From an uncultured Bacteroidales bacterium (GTDB lineage: Bacteria > Bacteroidota > Bacteroidia > Bacteroidales > UBA3824), in NCBI GenBank assembly GCA_905234655.1, contig CAJOJG010000008.1, positions 2,205 to 66,204 on the forward strand: DNA of 64,000 nucleotides. The letters are read 5' to 3'. Shown here one piece after another: positions 46,548 through 54,795 of this stretch. Under the pieces are notes generated by a model that made no database searches, had not been told where the DNA came from, and was given only the letters and a program-made list of their open reading frames with translations. A program made the position numbers and the translations under genes. The first letter of the stretch is position 1, and the number at the start of each line of letters is the position of its first letter.

Positions 46548-47093
46548 CTACAATTCTTTCCGCATATAGACCAACTCTTGATACCCCGAAATCCGCGAAT
46601 TGAACCCCATCGGATTGCGACCATATTCTACGAAGCCAAACCGTCGGTATAGGTTCGACGCGGCATGGTTTTGGGCTACACATTCGAGTTCCAACTGCCG
46701 GTAACCCGCCACCCTTGCACATTCGATGCAGGCTCCGGTGAGTGCCTTGCCAATGCCCAGTCCCCAATATTTTTGGTCGATTCCGATGCCAAATTCTGCG
46801 CGGTGCTTTACCTTGCAATGCCGTCCTACTTTTGAAATGCCTGCCGTTCCGACCACTTTGCCGTCGATTTCGGCGAGGATTTCAATCTCATCTTGGCTGT
46901 ATGACTTCTCTTTGAGATAACGCGCCTCGTCCTCGGCAGTGAAAGTGTTTTCGTCGGGGTACGACAACAGGAAATCCGTCTGACTATGGGTCAAAAGGAA
47001 TGTTTCGAGCACCGCCGCGCCGTCGTTGAAGTCGGCGTTTCGCAGGGTGCAGAGAGACGAATTTTTTAGGGTTATGGTCTTGTGATAGCGCAT
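46548..47093 (-). CDS. GNAT N-acetyltransferase
   Basis: HRAEFGIGIDQKYWGLGIGKAL, LEC...NHAASNLYRRFGF. Start may be 47126. Confidence 0.9.
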   Translation of the reverse strand: MRYHKTITLKNSSLCTLRNADFNDGAAVLETFLLTHSQTDFLLSYPDENTFTAEDEARYLKEKSYSQDEIEILAEIDGKVVGTAGISKVGRHCKVKHRAEFGIGIDQKYWGLGIGKALTGACIECARVAGYRQLELECVAQNHAASNLYRRFGFVEYGRNPMGFNSRISGYQELVYMRKEL

Positions 47094-47140
47094 GATTCTG
47101 TCGATATTTAACAAACGAGTTTCCACAAATCTTTGATGTC

Positions 47141-48121
47141 CTATCCGCCGCAGTTTTGGCAGATGGCGGGGCGGGAGGCGCGGTCGGATTCAATGGTGGA
47201 GATAATCTTGCGGGCTTGGGGAGATTTAAGGATTTTGCGCAGGGGGGATTCGCGGAGATTGCCGAGTTTGAGGGATGCGTCCTTGTCGTAGCAGCAGGGG
47301 AGGACGTCCATGTCGATTGTGATGACTGCCGAATTGATAATCCGCTTGCAGAATCCCACGGGATTTTTAAGGCGGTTTTGGTCGTCATAGCGCGAGTAGC
47401 GGTCGATGGTGGTCTTGAAAGTCTCAAAATCCTCGTCATTCTCTATCTGCATCGTCTTGAGGACATGGCGGTCGGCACCGGCTTCCAGGGCGATTTTGCG
47501 CACTGCGTCAAGACCTTTTTCATTAATCTTTGTGACAAGCGTCTGCGCCTCGATGATGGGCGTTTGGGAGTTAAGGCGGCGTTTGGCATCGGCAAGTGTG
47601 CGTATGCCAGTGACGACCTGCGCGAAGTCGCCGCCGACGCGGTACGACGAGTATGTCTCCTGGTCATAGCCGTCGAGCGACACTATTATTTTGTCAATGC
47701 CGGAGGCCACTATGCGCTCCGAAGTCTGCGTGTCGAGGTAGTGGCCATTAGTCGAAGTGGCGGTGAAGATGCCCTTCTCGTGGGCGTAGCGCGCCATCTC
47801 CGCAAAATCCTTGTGGAGTGTGGGTTCGCCCTGGAAGTACAGGAAAAGGTTCATGGCGTATGGCGCGATGCTGTCGACCGCCATACGGTACTCGTCCATG
47901 TCGATGCGGCCGCGCCTACGGCGTATTACGCCAAGCCCGGAGACGCACTCCTTGCATTTGAGGTTACAGATGTCGCATGGCTCTATCGAGTATGACCACG
48001 GCATCCCGATGTTGACGTACCGGCCAGTCATGCGGCTGAGTGCCACGGCTGCCGAGCGCGCCGCTGCGTTCAGAGCCTTTCTTGCTGTCAGTTTGCGTAT
48101 TATGAGCCAAAATTCTTTCAT
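47141..48121 (-). CDS. Radical SAM protein with C-terminal SPASM/Twitch domain
   Basis: CNLKCKEC (CxxxCxxC), YFQGEP, STNG, VSLDG, C-terminal C...PCCYD...GNL...CQNC; start MKEFW; -7 box at 48160-48167. Confidence 0.88.
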   Translation of the reverse strand: MKEFWLIIRKLTARKALNAAARSAAVALSRMTGRYVNIGMPWSYSIEPCDICNLKCKECVSGLGVIRRRRGRIDMDEYRMAVDSIAPYAMNLFLYFQGEPTLHKDFAEMARYAHEKGIFTATSTNGHYLDTQTSERIVASGIDKIIVSLDGYDQETYSSYRVGGDFAQVVTGIRTLADAKRRLNSQTPIIEAQTLVTKINEKGLDAVRKIALEAGADRHVLKTMQIENDEDFETFKTTIDRYSRYDDQNRLKNPVGFCKRIINSAVITIDMDVLPCCYDKDASLKLGNLRESPLRKILKSPQARKIISTIESDRASRPAICQNCGG

Positions 48122-48240
48122 CTGTAGACTTTGTTTGGTATTCTTATGATTTGAAAACGCAAATTTAGCATTAATTTTGGAAAATTTCGCCCAATATTTA
48201 GTATATTTGCGCTGTTTTTTGATAAAACCACTACGCAAAT

Positions 48241-50157
48241 ATGAACAGCACATATCCACTGCTTGACCTTGTGAGCTATCCCGACGACTTGAAGAAGATT
48301 CCGAAGGAGAAGTTGCCGCAATTCTGTAACGAGTTGCGGCAGTATGTCATTGAGGTCATCAGCAAGCATCCAGGGCATTTTGCCGCGACGCTGGGCGTGG
48401 TGGAACTTACTGTGGCGTTGCATTATGTCTATAACACGCCATACGACCAGATTGTGTGGGACGTCGGACACCAGGCGTATGCCCACAAGATTCTTACCGG
48501 CCGTAAGGAAATGTTCAACACTCTCCGTAACTTGCACGGTCTCAGCCCGTTCCCGAACCGTGACGAGAGCGTGTACGATGCCTTTACCGTCGGACACGCC
48601 AGCACGTCAATATCGTCCGCGTTGGGGCTTGCAGTGGCGGCGAGCCAGCTCGGGCATGCCGACCAGCACGTTATCGCTGTGATTGGCGACGGCTCCATGA
48701 CCGGCGGAATGGCGTTTGAGGCACTTAACAATGCTGGAATCCAGCGTTCGGACTTGTTAGTGATTCTTAATGACAACCACATCGCCATCGACCAAAACCG
48801 TGGCGCGTTGAACGACTATCTCCTCGACATAACCACGTCGCGCACCTACAACCGTATTAAGAAGGAAGTTTGGGACACTTTGGGCAAGTTCGAGAGGCTC
48901 GGCCCAAGGGCGAGGAGCTTTATCTCAATGGTCGAGAGCGGCATCAAGCAGTCTGTCATGAAGCGCAGCAACCTTTTCGAGGGCATGGGATTCAGGTATT
49001 TCGGCCCGATAGACGGACATGACGTGACGCATCTCGCCGATGTGCTTACCGAGTTGCGCAACATACGCGGACCGAAGTTGTTGCATGTTTTGACGACGAA
49101 GGGCAAGGGCTATAAGTTCGCCGAGGAGAACCAGACCGAGTGGCACGCGACGAGTGTGGCGTTCGACATCGAGACTGGGCAAAAAGCCCCCACGCCAAAG
49201 CCCCAGGGCCCGAAATATCAGGATGTTTTTGGCATTACGGTCACGGAGCTGGCGCAGGAGAACCCTGACATTGTCGGTGTTACGCCGGCGATGCCTACGG
49301 GCTGTTCGTTGAACATCATGGCTGAGAAGTTCCCCGACCGTGTTTTTGACGTCGGCATTGCCGAGGAACACGCCGTGACATTCTCGGCGGGCATGGCTGC
49401 GCAGGGATTGTTGCCGTACTGCAATATTTATTCGACGTTCATGCAGCGCGCCTACGACCAGATAATCCATGATGTGTGCATTCCACGGCTCCATGTCGTG
49501 CTGTGCCTTGACAGGGCGGGGCTTGTCGGCGCGGACGGTGTGACTCACCAGGGCGCGTTCGACATTTCGTATCTCCGCCATATTCCAAACCTTGTCGTCG
49601 CCGCGCCGATGAATGAGATTGAACTCCGCAACATGCTCTACACGGCTCAACATGCCAAGTGTCCGTTTGCAATCCGCTATCCCCGTGGCAATGGGCATAA
49701 CTCCGACTGGCAAAAGCCTTTCGAGGAAATCGAGATTGGGCGCGGTCGCATGGTCGCTGACGGTGAGAAGGTGGCTATAATCTCCATCGGCACAATCGGT
49801 TATGAGGTCACGAAAGCCATCGGGCTGTTGTCCGGGCGCGGTATCCGTCCGGCGCATTATGACATGAGGTTCGTAAAGCCGCTCGACGAGGGTCTGATGC
49901 ACTGTATCTTGGCGAAGTTCGATAAGATTGTCACTGTCGAGGACAATGCCCTACAAGGCGGTTTTGGCAGCGCGTTGCTTGAGTTTTGCGCTGATAATGG
50001 CTATTATCCCAAAATAAAACGCCTCGGCATACCTGACCGCTTTATTGAGCATGGGACGCCACAAGACCTTTATAAACTTTGTGGCTATGATGCGGAGGCT
50101 ATTGCCGAGGCTGTAGAAAAGCTGACTTATCAGATTTCTCGCGAAGCGATAAAATGA
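48241..50157 (+). CDS. dxs: 1-deoxy-D-xylulose-5-phosphate synthase
   Basis: WDVGHQAYAHKILTGR, GHASTSIS, IGDGSMTGGMAFEALN, LNDN, DVGIAEEHA, YSTFMQRAYDQ, DRAGLVGADG.THQG, IRYPRG. Confidence 0.97.
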   Translation: MNSTYPLLDLVSYPDDLKKIPKEKLPQFCNELRQYVIEVISKHPGHFAATLGVVELTVALHYVYNTPYDQIVWDVGHQAYAHKILTGRKEMFNTLRNLHGLSPFPNRDESVYDAFTVGHASTSISSALGLAVAASQLGHADQHVIAVIGDGSMTGGMAFEALNNAGIQRSDLLVILNDNHIAIDQNRGALNDYLLDITTSRTYNRIKKEVWDTLGKFERLGPRARSFISMVESGIKQSVMKRSNLFEGMGFRYFGPIDGHDVTHLADVLTELRNIRGPKLLHVLTTKGKGYKFAEENQTEWHATSVAFDIETGQKAPTPKPQGPKYQDVFGITVTELAQENPDIVGVTPAMPTGCSLNIMAEKFPDRVFDVGIAEEHAVTFSAGMAAQGLLPYCNIYSTFMQRAYDQIIHDVCIPRLHVVLCLDRAGLVGADGVTHQGAFDISYLRHIPNLVVAAPMNEIELRNMLYTAQHAKCPFAIRYPRGNGHNSDWQKPFEEIEIGRGRMVADGEKVAIISIGTIGYEVTKAIGLLSGRGIRPAHYDMRFVKPLDEGLMHCILAKFDKIVTVEDNALQGGFGSALLEFCADNGYYPKIKRLGIPDRFIEHGTPQDLYKLCGYDAEAIAEAVEKLTYQISREAIK

Positions 50158-50160
50158 CTT

Positions 50161-52437
50161 TTATTCCAAAAATTCTTTCATCGTCTCGCTGTATACCGAG
50201 CCGTAGTTTTGTTGGTTGTAGAGGCTTACGTGCGAGCCTTTTGTGGTCTTGAAAAGTTCGCGGTATAGGTTGTAGACGGTGATGTCCGGGGATTGGTTAA
50301 TCTGGCGGCGGAAGGTGCGGGCAAAGGCGTTTGAGAGATATACGCCAAGCTTAGAGTCGTACATGTCGGCCTTTGAGGTTTCGGCCGGTGTGGCGGCGGT
50401 CAGAACGAGTACGTCGGACAAGCCGTCGAGTGCCTCGCCCCATTTGCCGCTGTAACAGGTCTCTACCGCAAAGAGAATCCGCCGGTACATGTCGTTGTCG
50501 TCCATCTCTTTGACGATGTTGCGAATCCGCTGTGAACCAAAATATTGACGCGCGTCCTCGTTGCCCCAGAGCGGACCGTCCTGGCTGCCGCCGTGTCCTG
50601 ACCAGAAGAACACTACGTCGCTGCCCGATGTTGGGCTGATGACGTGGGGCAGGCGGTCGCTCTTACGCCCAAGCATTATGTCGGCGATGTCGTCTTGGGT
50701 GAGGTCGCTGAAATGGTAATCGACTACGGCGTCAAGGCGGACGTTGTCGTTGGCGAATAGGTTGCTGGTGCTGCCATTGTCGTTGCGTTCTACAAAAATC
50801 TCGCCTGGGTAGATGTTGTGGCTGTCGTCGGCGAGGTTGTCTTCAACGATGAGGACTATGTGGTCGTCGTCGTAGCCGTGGCTGCGCAGGGTCTGGTACA
50901 TGGCGAATGCGTCGGCCTGGTGGCGGTAGTTGGCCCACGTGGTTGAGGGGCTGATTACCACTGCCCAACGGTCGGTGAGGGCGGGCAGGGCGTGGTTGAC
51001 GCTGATGTCGTCGATTTGCTGGTTCCAACGCTTGTCCATTTCCCAAACGAGCGACGTGGACGCTTGTCCAAAAGAGCCTGTTGTGCTGAGGTATGCCATT
51101 GGCCGGCATATACGATTGTTGTTGTCATCGTATGCGTAATCCCAAAACAAGTAGGTGGTGTTGAGGATTTTGGTGGAAGTCTCGCTGTCGAACTTGAGGT
51201 CGCCGGTGGCACCGATCAGGTCGATGTCGCGGCCTTCGAGAATTTCGGAGAAGGCGTATGTAAGACCATCGAGGGTGCATCCTGTCGTCTCCGAGCCATT
51301 TGGGGAAGACACGACGCTGCGGATATGGTCGGTAAGTCCGGGGCCAAAGGGTTTTTCGTTGTAGGAGACCTGGACACCGTTCACAAGGCATGTCTCGCCG
51401 TTGACAATTTGGTGCAACGCGCCGAGGGCTATCAGTTCAAGCGCGTCGTAAATCTGGGCGTAACCAATCTTCGGCATAGAGCCAAACTTAGATTCATACA
51501 TCTGTGGAAATCCGAATGTGGGCGAACCGTATGGCGTTATGCCGTGCGACAGGTGCACATTGTCGTTGCCGATGACGTCGTCGTCGAATGCAACGTCGGA
51601 GCCCATTATTTCGTAGTACATCCAATATTCGTAGTCGCCGTTGTATTCATGGTTCCAGTTTTTCAATTTGTCTGTAAAATCTTCATAGTAGCCGCCGTCG
51701 GAAAGCGCGAGGCATATCATCATGTCTTCGCCGCTGTTTTCGTAGTCGGCTTTTATTGAGTTTAAGAATGACGAGATGTCGGTGCTTTTTTTGTACGCCA
51801 ACATTCCGTCGCCGCATAATTTAAGCTGGTGTTCGGCGGCGTAGTAGCCAAACCAGTCGCGGAAGGACTGTCCGTATTCGTCGTCGCTGTATACGAGGGC
51901 GATTTTTTTGTGGTCGGTGCTTGCCGAGACGGACACCATCATTTCGCACTGCGTGACGTCGCTCTCTGTCAGGAACCATGCGAAAGTGCTTTTTGAATTT
52001 GTCCTTTGGAGTTCCGCGCCGGTGCAGGTGGGCATTATCACCGGCAGGCGGTTGCGGTCGGCGTATCGGAGAATCGTTTTTGCGTTTGAGGAGTGGTAGG
52101 GGCCGATTATGGCGTGGCAGGTGTCGTCGCCTTCCTCGGGGTGGGTGAGGGCGTATGCAAGCTTGTCGATGTCCTCGGTGTCCTCGTCGTGGTAGCGGAG
52201 GTTGAGGACGACTTTGCGGTCGAGGTTCCTCTGTGCGCCTGTTATGTTTTCCATCGCCCAGTCTATCGAGTTGGCCCACGCGGCTTGGATCGACTTGGGG
52301 AGTATCACGTCCACGTTGACGGTGGTTTCCTCGGCGGTTTGGACGGGGGCGGGGGAGGGGGTGTCGTCGTCGTTCTTACAGCCGTATAGTGCCATTATGA
52401 AGGCTGCAAGCAGTATGAGTATTTTATTTCGTTCCAT
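50161..52437 (-). CDS. Lipoprotein: type-I periplasmic-binding (Leu/ANF-receptor-like) domain fused to C13 legumain-like cysteine peptidase
   Basis: Lipobox LYG-C-KNDDD. PBP motifs AIIGPYHS, IALVYSDDEYGQS, AQIYDA, GATGDLKFD. C13 motifs WAVVI...WANYRHQADAFAMYQ, GYDDDHIVLI, catalytic SGHGG and ETCYSG. Confidence 0.85.
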   Translation of the reverse strand: MERNKILILLAAFIMALYGCKNDDDTPSPAPVQTAEETTVNVDVILPKSIQAAWANSIDWAMENITGAQRNLDRKVVLNLRYHDEDTEDIDKLAYALTHPEEGDDTCHAIIGPYHSSNAKTILRYADRNRLPVIMPTCTGAELQRTNSKSTFAWFLTESDVTQCEMMVSVSASTDHKKIALVYSDDEYGQSFRDWFGYYAAEHQLKLCGDGMLAYKKSTDISSFLNSIKADYENSGEDMMICLALSDGGYYEDFTDKLKNWNHEYNGDYEYWMYYEIMGSDVAFDDDVIGNDNVHLSHGITPYGSPTFGFPQMYESKFGSMPKIGYAQIYDALELIALGALHQIVNGETCLVNGVQVSYNEKPFGPGLTDHIRSVVSSPNGSETTGCTLDGLTYAFSEILEGRDIDLIGATGDLKFDSETSTKILNTTYLFWDYAYDDNNNRICRPMAYLSTTGSFGQASTSLVWEMDKRWNQQIDDISVNHALPALTDRWAVVISPSTTWANYRHQADAFAMYQTLRSHGYDDDHIVLIVEDNLADDSHNIYPGEIFVERNDNGSTSNLFANDNVRLDAVVDYHFSDLTQDDIADIMLGRKSDRLPHVISPTSGSDVVFFWSGHGGSQDGPLWGNEDARQYFGSQRIRNIVKEMDDNDMYRRILFAVETCYSGKWGEALDGLSDVLVLTAATPAETSKADMYDSKLGVYLSNAFARTFRRQINQSPDITVYNLYRELFKTTKGSHVSLYNQQNYGSVYSETMKEFLE

Positions 52438-53521
52438 TTAGTTGCGATATTTTGTAGTTGATTATCAGTGTGTCGATGTTGTTGGTGGTGTAGCCGTCCC
52501 AGTCGCCGTGGATTTCGTATGCGGGCATTTCGGACGGCTGGGTCTTGCACCATTTTTTGAGCCAGTTAGTCACCGCCAAGTCAAAGTGGCGGTTAATGCA
52601 GAAGTGTCCCGTCCGCCATGAGCCGTCGGTGTCGAGCATCACGGGCAGGAGCGTGTAATAGTCGTTGCGCCCCATGAGGCTGAATTTTGCCCCGCTGTTC
52701 GACGAGCCGAAGTCCAGTATGCTGAATATGTCGTATGGGTCTTTTTCGGCGCGGCTGAAAAGGCTTTCCGAGCATGTCTTGTAGGCTTCCTGGAACGTGT
52801 TGTATGAGAGTTCGGTGTTGTACAGTCCGCTTTCTTCGCTAAGGATGTGTTCGGCTGGCACGGGCTGGTTGAAGATTTCTTGGAGGGTTTCGGCGATGCT
52901 GTCGCGGTATAGGCCGGTCGCGTCGCCGTAAAGCCGGTATAGGCCGATGTTTTTCTTGTGGCCGGACTGTTTGCAGGTTTCGAGGAAGTCAGTGTAAACT
53001 TTTGCGTAGTAGCGGACTGAGCCGGCCGCTGAAATGTTGAGCCCGTAGACGGGGATTTTGTCGCCTAAGATTTGCGCGGCTTTCTTAATGTCGTCCTCGC
53101 TTGCCTTCAGGAGCAGGACTTCGTCGCCCTGTTTTAGCGAGCCGGTCAGCGTGGAGAACCACTTCGCCATGTAGAGTTCGGTCATTACGAGCAGGCGGCG
53201 GCTGAATGGCGTTCCGTCTTGCGCTACCGTGTATTCCTTCGCCCACCATAGTATCCATTCTTGCAGGGATTCGATGTCGTTTGCCGTTATGTAATCCAAG
53301 CGGATGTTTGCCGTGCTGTCGTTTTCGATGGCGTTTACGCCTTTTAGCACGAGGTCGGCGTATCCCATGTCGCCGAGTTGTCCGGGTGCGAATACGGTCA
53401 GTATGTTGACTTTCGGCGCGGCTTGCGTGTCGGGTTCGGTGGAAGCGTCGTCGTCCTTGTTGCAGGCGGCGAGTAGTAGTAGCGGAACTGCCACTACGAG
53501 CATGAGTTTCAGAATTTTCAT
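52424..53521 (-). CDS. Lipoprotein with degenerate BMP-like (basic membrane protein) solute-binding fold
   Basis: Lipobox LAA-C-NKDDD; APGQLGDMGYADLVLKG resembles the BMP N-terminal GLGD.SFND motif; overlaps the C13 gene start by 14 nt. Confidence 0.55.
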   Translation of the reverse strand: MKILKLMLVVAVPLLLLAACNKDDDASTEPDTQAAPKVNILTVFAPGQLGDMGYADLVLKGVNAIENDSTANIRLDYITANDIESLQEWILWWAKEYTVAQDGTPFSRRLLVMTELYMAKWFSTLTGSLKQGDEVLLLKASEDDIKKAAQILGDKIPVYGLNISAAGSVRYYAKVYTDFLETCKQSGHKKNIGLYRLYGDATGLYRDSIAETLQEIFNQPVPAEHILSEESGLYNTELSYNTFQEAYKTCSESLFSRAEKDPYDIFSILDFGSSNSGAKFSLMGRNDYYTLLPVMLDTDGSWRTGHFCINRHFDLAVTNWLKKWCKTQPSEMPAYEIHGDWDGYTTNNIDTLIINYKISQLNGTK

Positions 53522-53544
53522 ATATCGTGCTGTTTATGTGTAGT

Positions 53545-54795
53545 TTAGTTTTCCGCGTCCGTCAATGGTGAATATTCTATGGTCGTGCCGGAGATTTCCT
53601 GGTCGGCAAAGCGGATTACATTGATTGCGTAGAAATTGGTGCTGTTCCAGTCGCTGTCCTTGACATATTTCTGTTCGCCGGAGCAACATTGTCCGTCGCT
53701 TGTGCAGCCGTTCGGCACGAAGTAATAGGCGCAGTGGCGGTAGTCGTATGCCGGAATCCATGCGTATGAGCCGAACCATGCGTTATATATAATCCGTGCC
53801 CCTGTCGAGCCGGTGTACACCACGTTGGAGTTGTTGTTGAAGCCGCCCGGCATTACGTGCCACAGTTTGCCTGATTTTGTCGGTTTCTTTGTCATTTCGC
53901 CATTGAGGTATTGCTTGATTTTTTTTACCAGTGCTTTTTTTGTGGCGAGGAATCCGATGTAGATGGAACAGTCGAGGACAGAGGCTACGAATCCGTGGTC
54001 GTTGTTGTAGGGTTTCCAACAGCCCTGCTTGTCGCCGTCGAGGTTTATGGTCTCGTCGCCGCCCTTGTCGCCTTCGCACAGGTGGACGAGGAGTCCGTTC
54101 TTAGTACCGTTGGTACTCTGTGACACACATAGGTAGTAGCCGGTGCAATATTTCGGTGATGGCGGGTCGTAGAGCACAAGGTCGCCGACGCGGTACGGGG
54201 TGCCTGATGTCGAGGCATTGTCGCCCCATGCGCTTTCGGGGACAAAATCTATGCGTTCCAACGTCGGTATGCACTTCACGTCTACGTCAATGTATCCGAC
54301 TGATTGTGCGCCGTCGCCTTTGTGGAACGAGAGAGCGCCGAACGACACCTTGTCGCCGTTTGCCAAGAGGGGCATGTCTTTGAGCGTGATTTCCATGCCG
54401 TCGCTTGTGGCGGTCACGAGGGTGTCGGTGTTGACGATGCTGAGGAACATCTTCTGCGCGTCGTCGGCGGTCTCGCACTTTACAGACCTTACAAGCGGCT
54501 TCGCCTCGTCCCTCACCTCGCCGTATGTGGGCTGGTAGGACTTGTCGAGCGGGTTGCCGTTGATGTTGGAGAGGTCGAAGTCGGTGAGGTTAGAGAGGAT
54601 GTTCAATATCGCCTGCTGCTGGTCGAGTAGGTGCTGCTCGTCGTTTGTGAGGCTTGCGGGCGCAATCTTGCCGTCCTCGATTTCCACTCCGTTTTGGCCG
54701 GGTGTTGTGGTGTCGTCCTTGTCGTCGTCTTTGCAGGCGGTGGCCATCACCGCCACAATGGCCATAAGGCACAATAGTTTTGTCGATGTTTTCAT
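53545..54795 (-). CDS. Uncharacterised surface lipoprotein (paralog of 61040-63052 in N-terminal domain)
   Basis: Lipobox ATA-C-KDDDKDD; LERIDFVPESAWGDNAST..PYRVGDLV...YLCV aligns with the paralog; ATGA overlap with upstream MACPF gene. Confidence 0.8.
   Translation of the reverse strand: MKTSTKLLCLMAIVAVMATACKDDDKDDTTTPGQNGVEIEDGKIAPASLTNDEQHLLDQQQAILNILSNLTDFDLSNINGNPLDKSYQPTYGEVRDEAKPLVRSVKCETADDAQKMFLSIVNTDTLVTATSDGMEITLKDMPLLANGDKVSFGALSFHKGDGAQSVGYIDVDVKCIPTLERIDFVPESAWGDNASTSGTPYRVGDLVLYDPPSPKYCTGYYLCVSQSTNGTKNGLLVHLCEGDKGGDETINLDGDKQGCWKPYNNDHGFVASVLDCSIYIGFLATKKALVKKIKQYLNGEMTKKPTKSGKLWHVMPGGFNNNSNVVYTGSTGARIIYNAWFGSYAWIPAYDYRHCAYYFVPNGCTSDGQCCSGEQKYVKDSDWNSTNFYAINVIRFADQEISGTTIEYSPLTDAEN

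Noticed and set aside
47141-48121. Radical SAM/SPASM gene as a RiPP maturase
   Set aside because: No precursor peptide, transporter or peptidase adjacent; stand-alone gene divergent from dxs.
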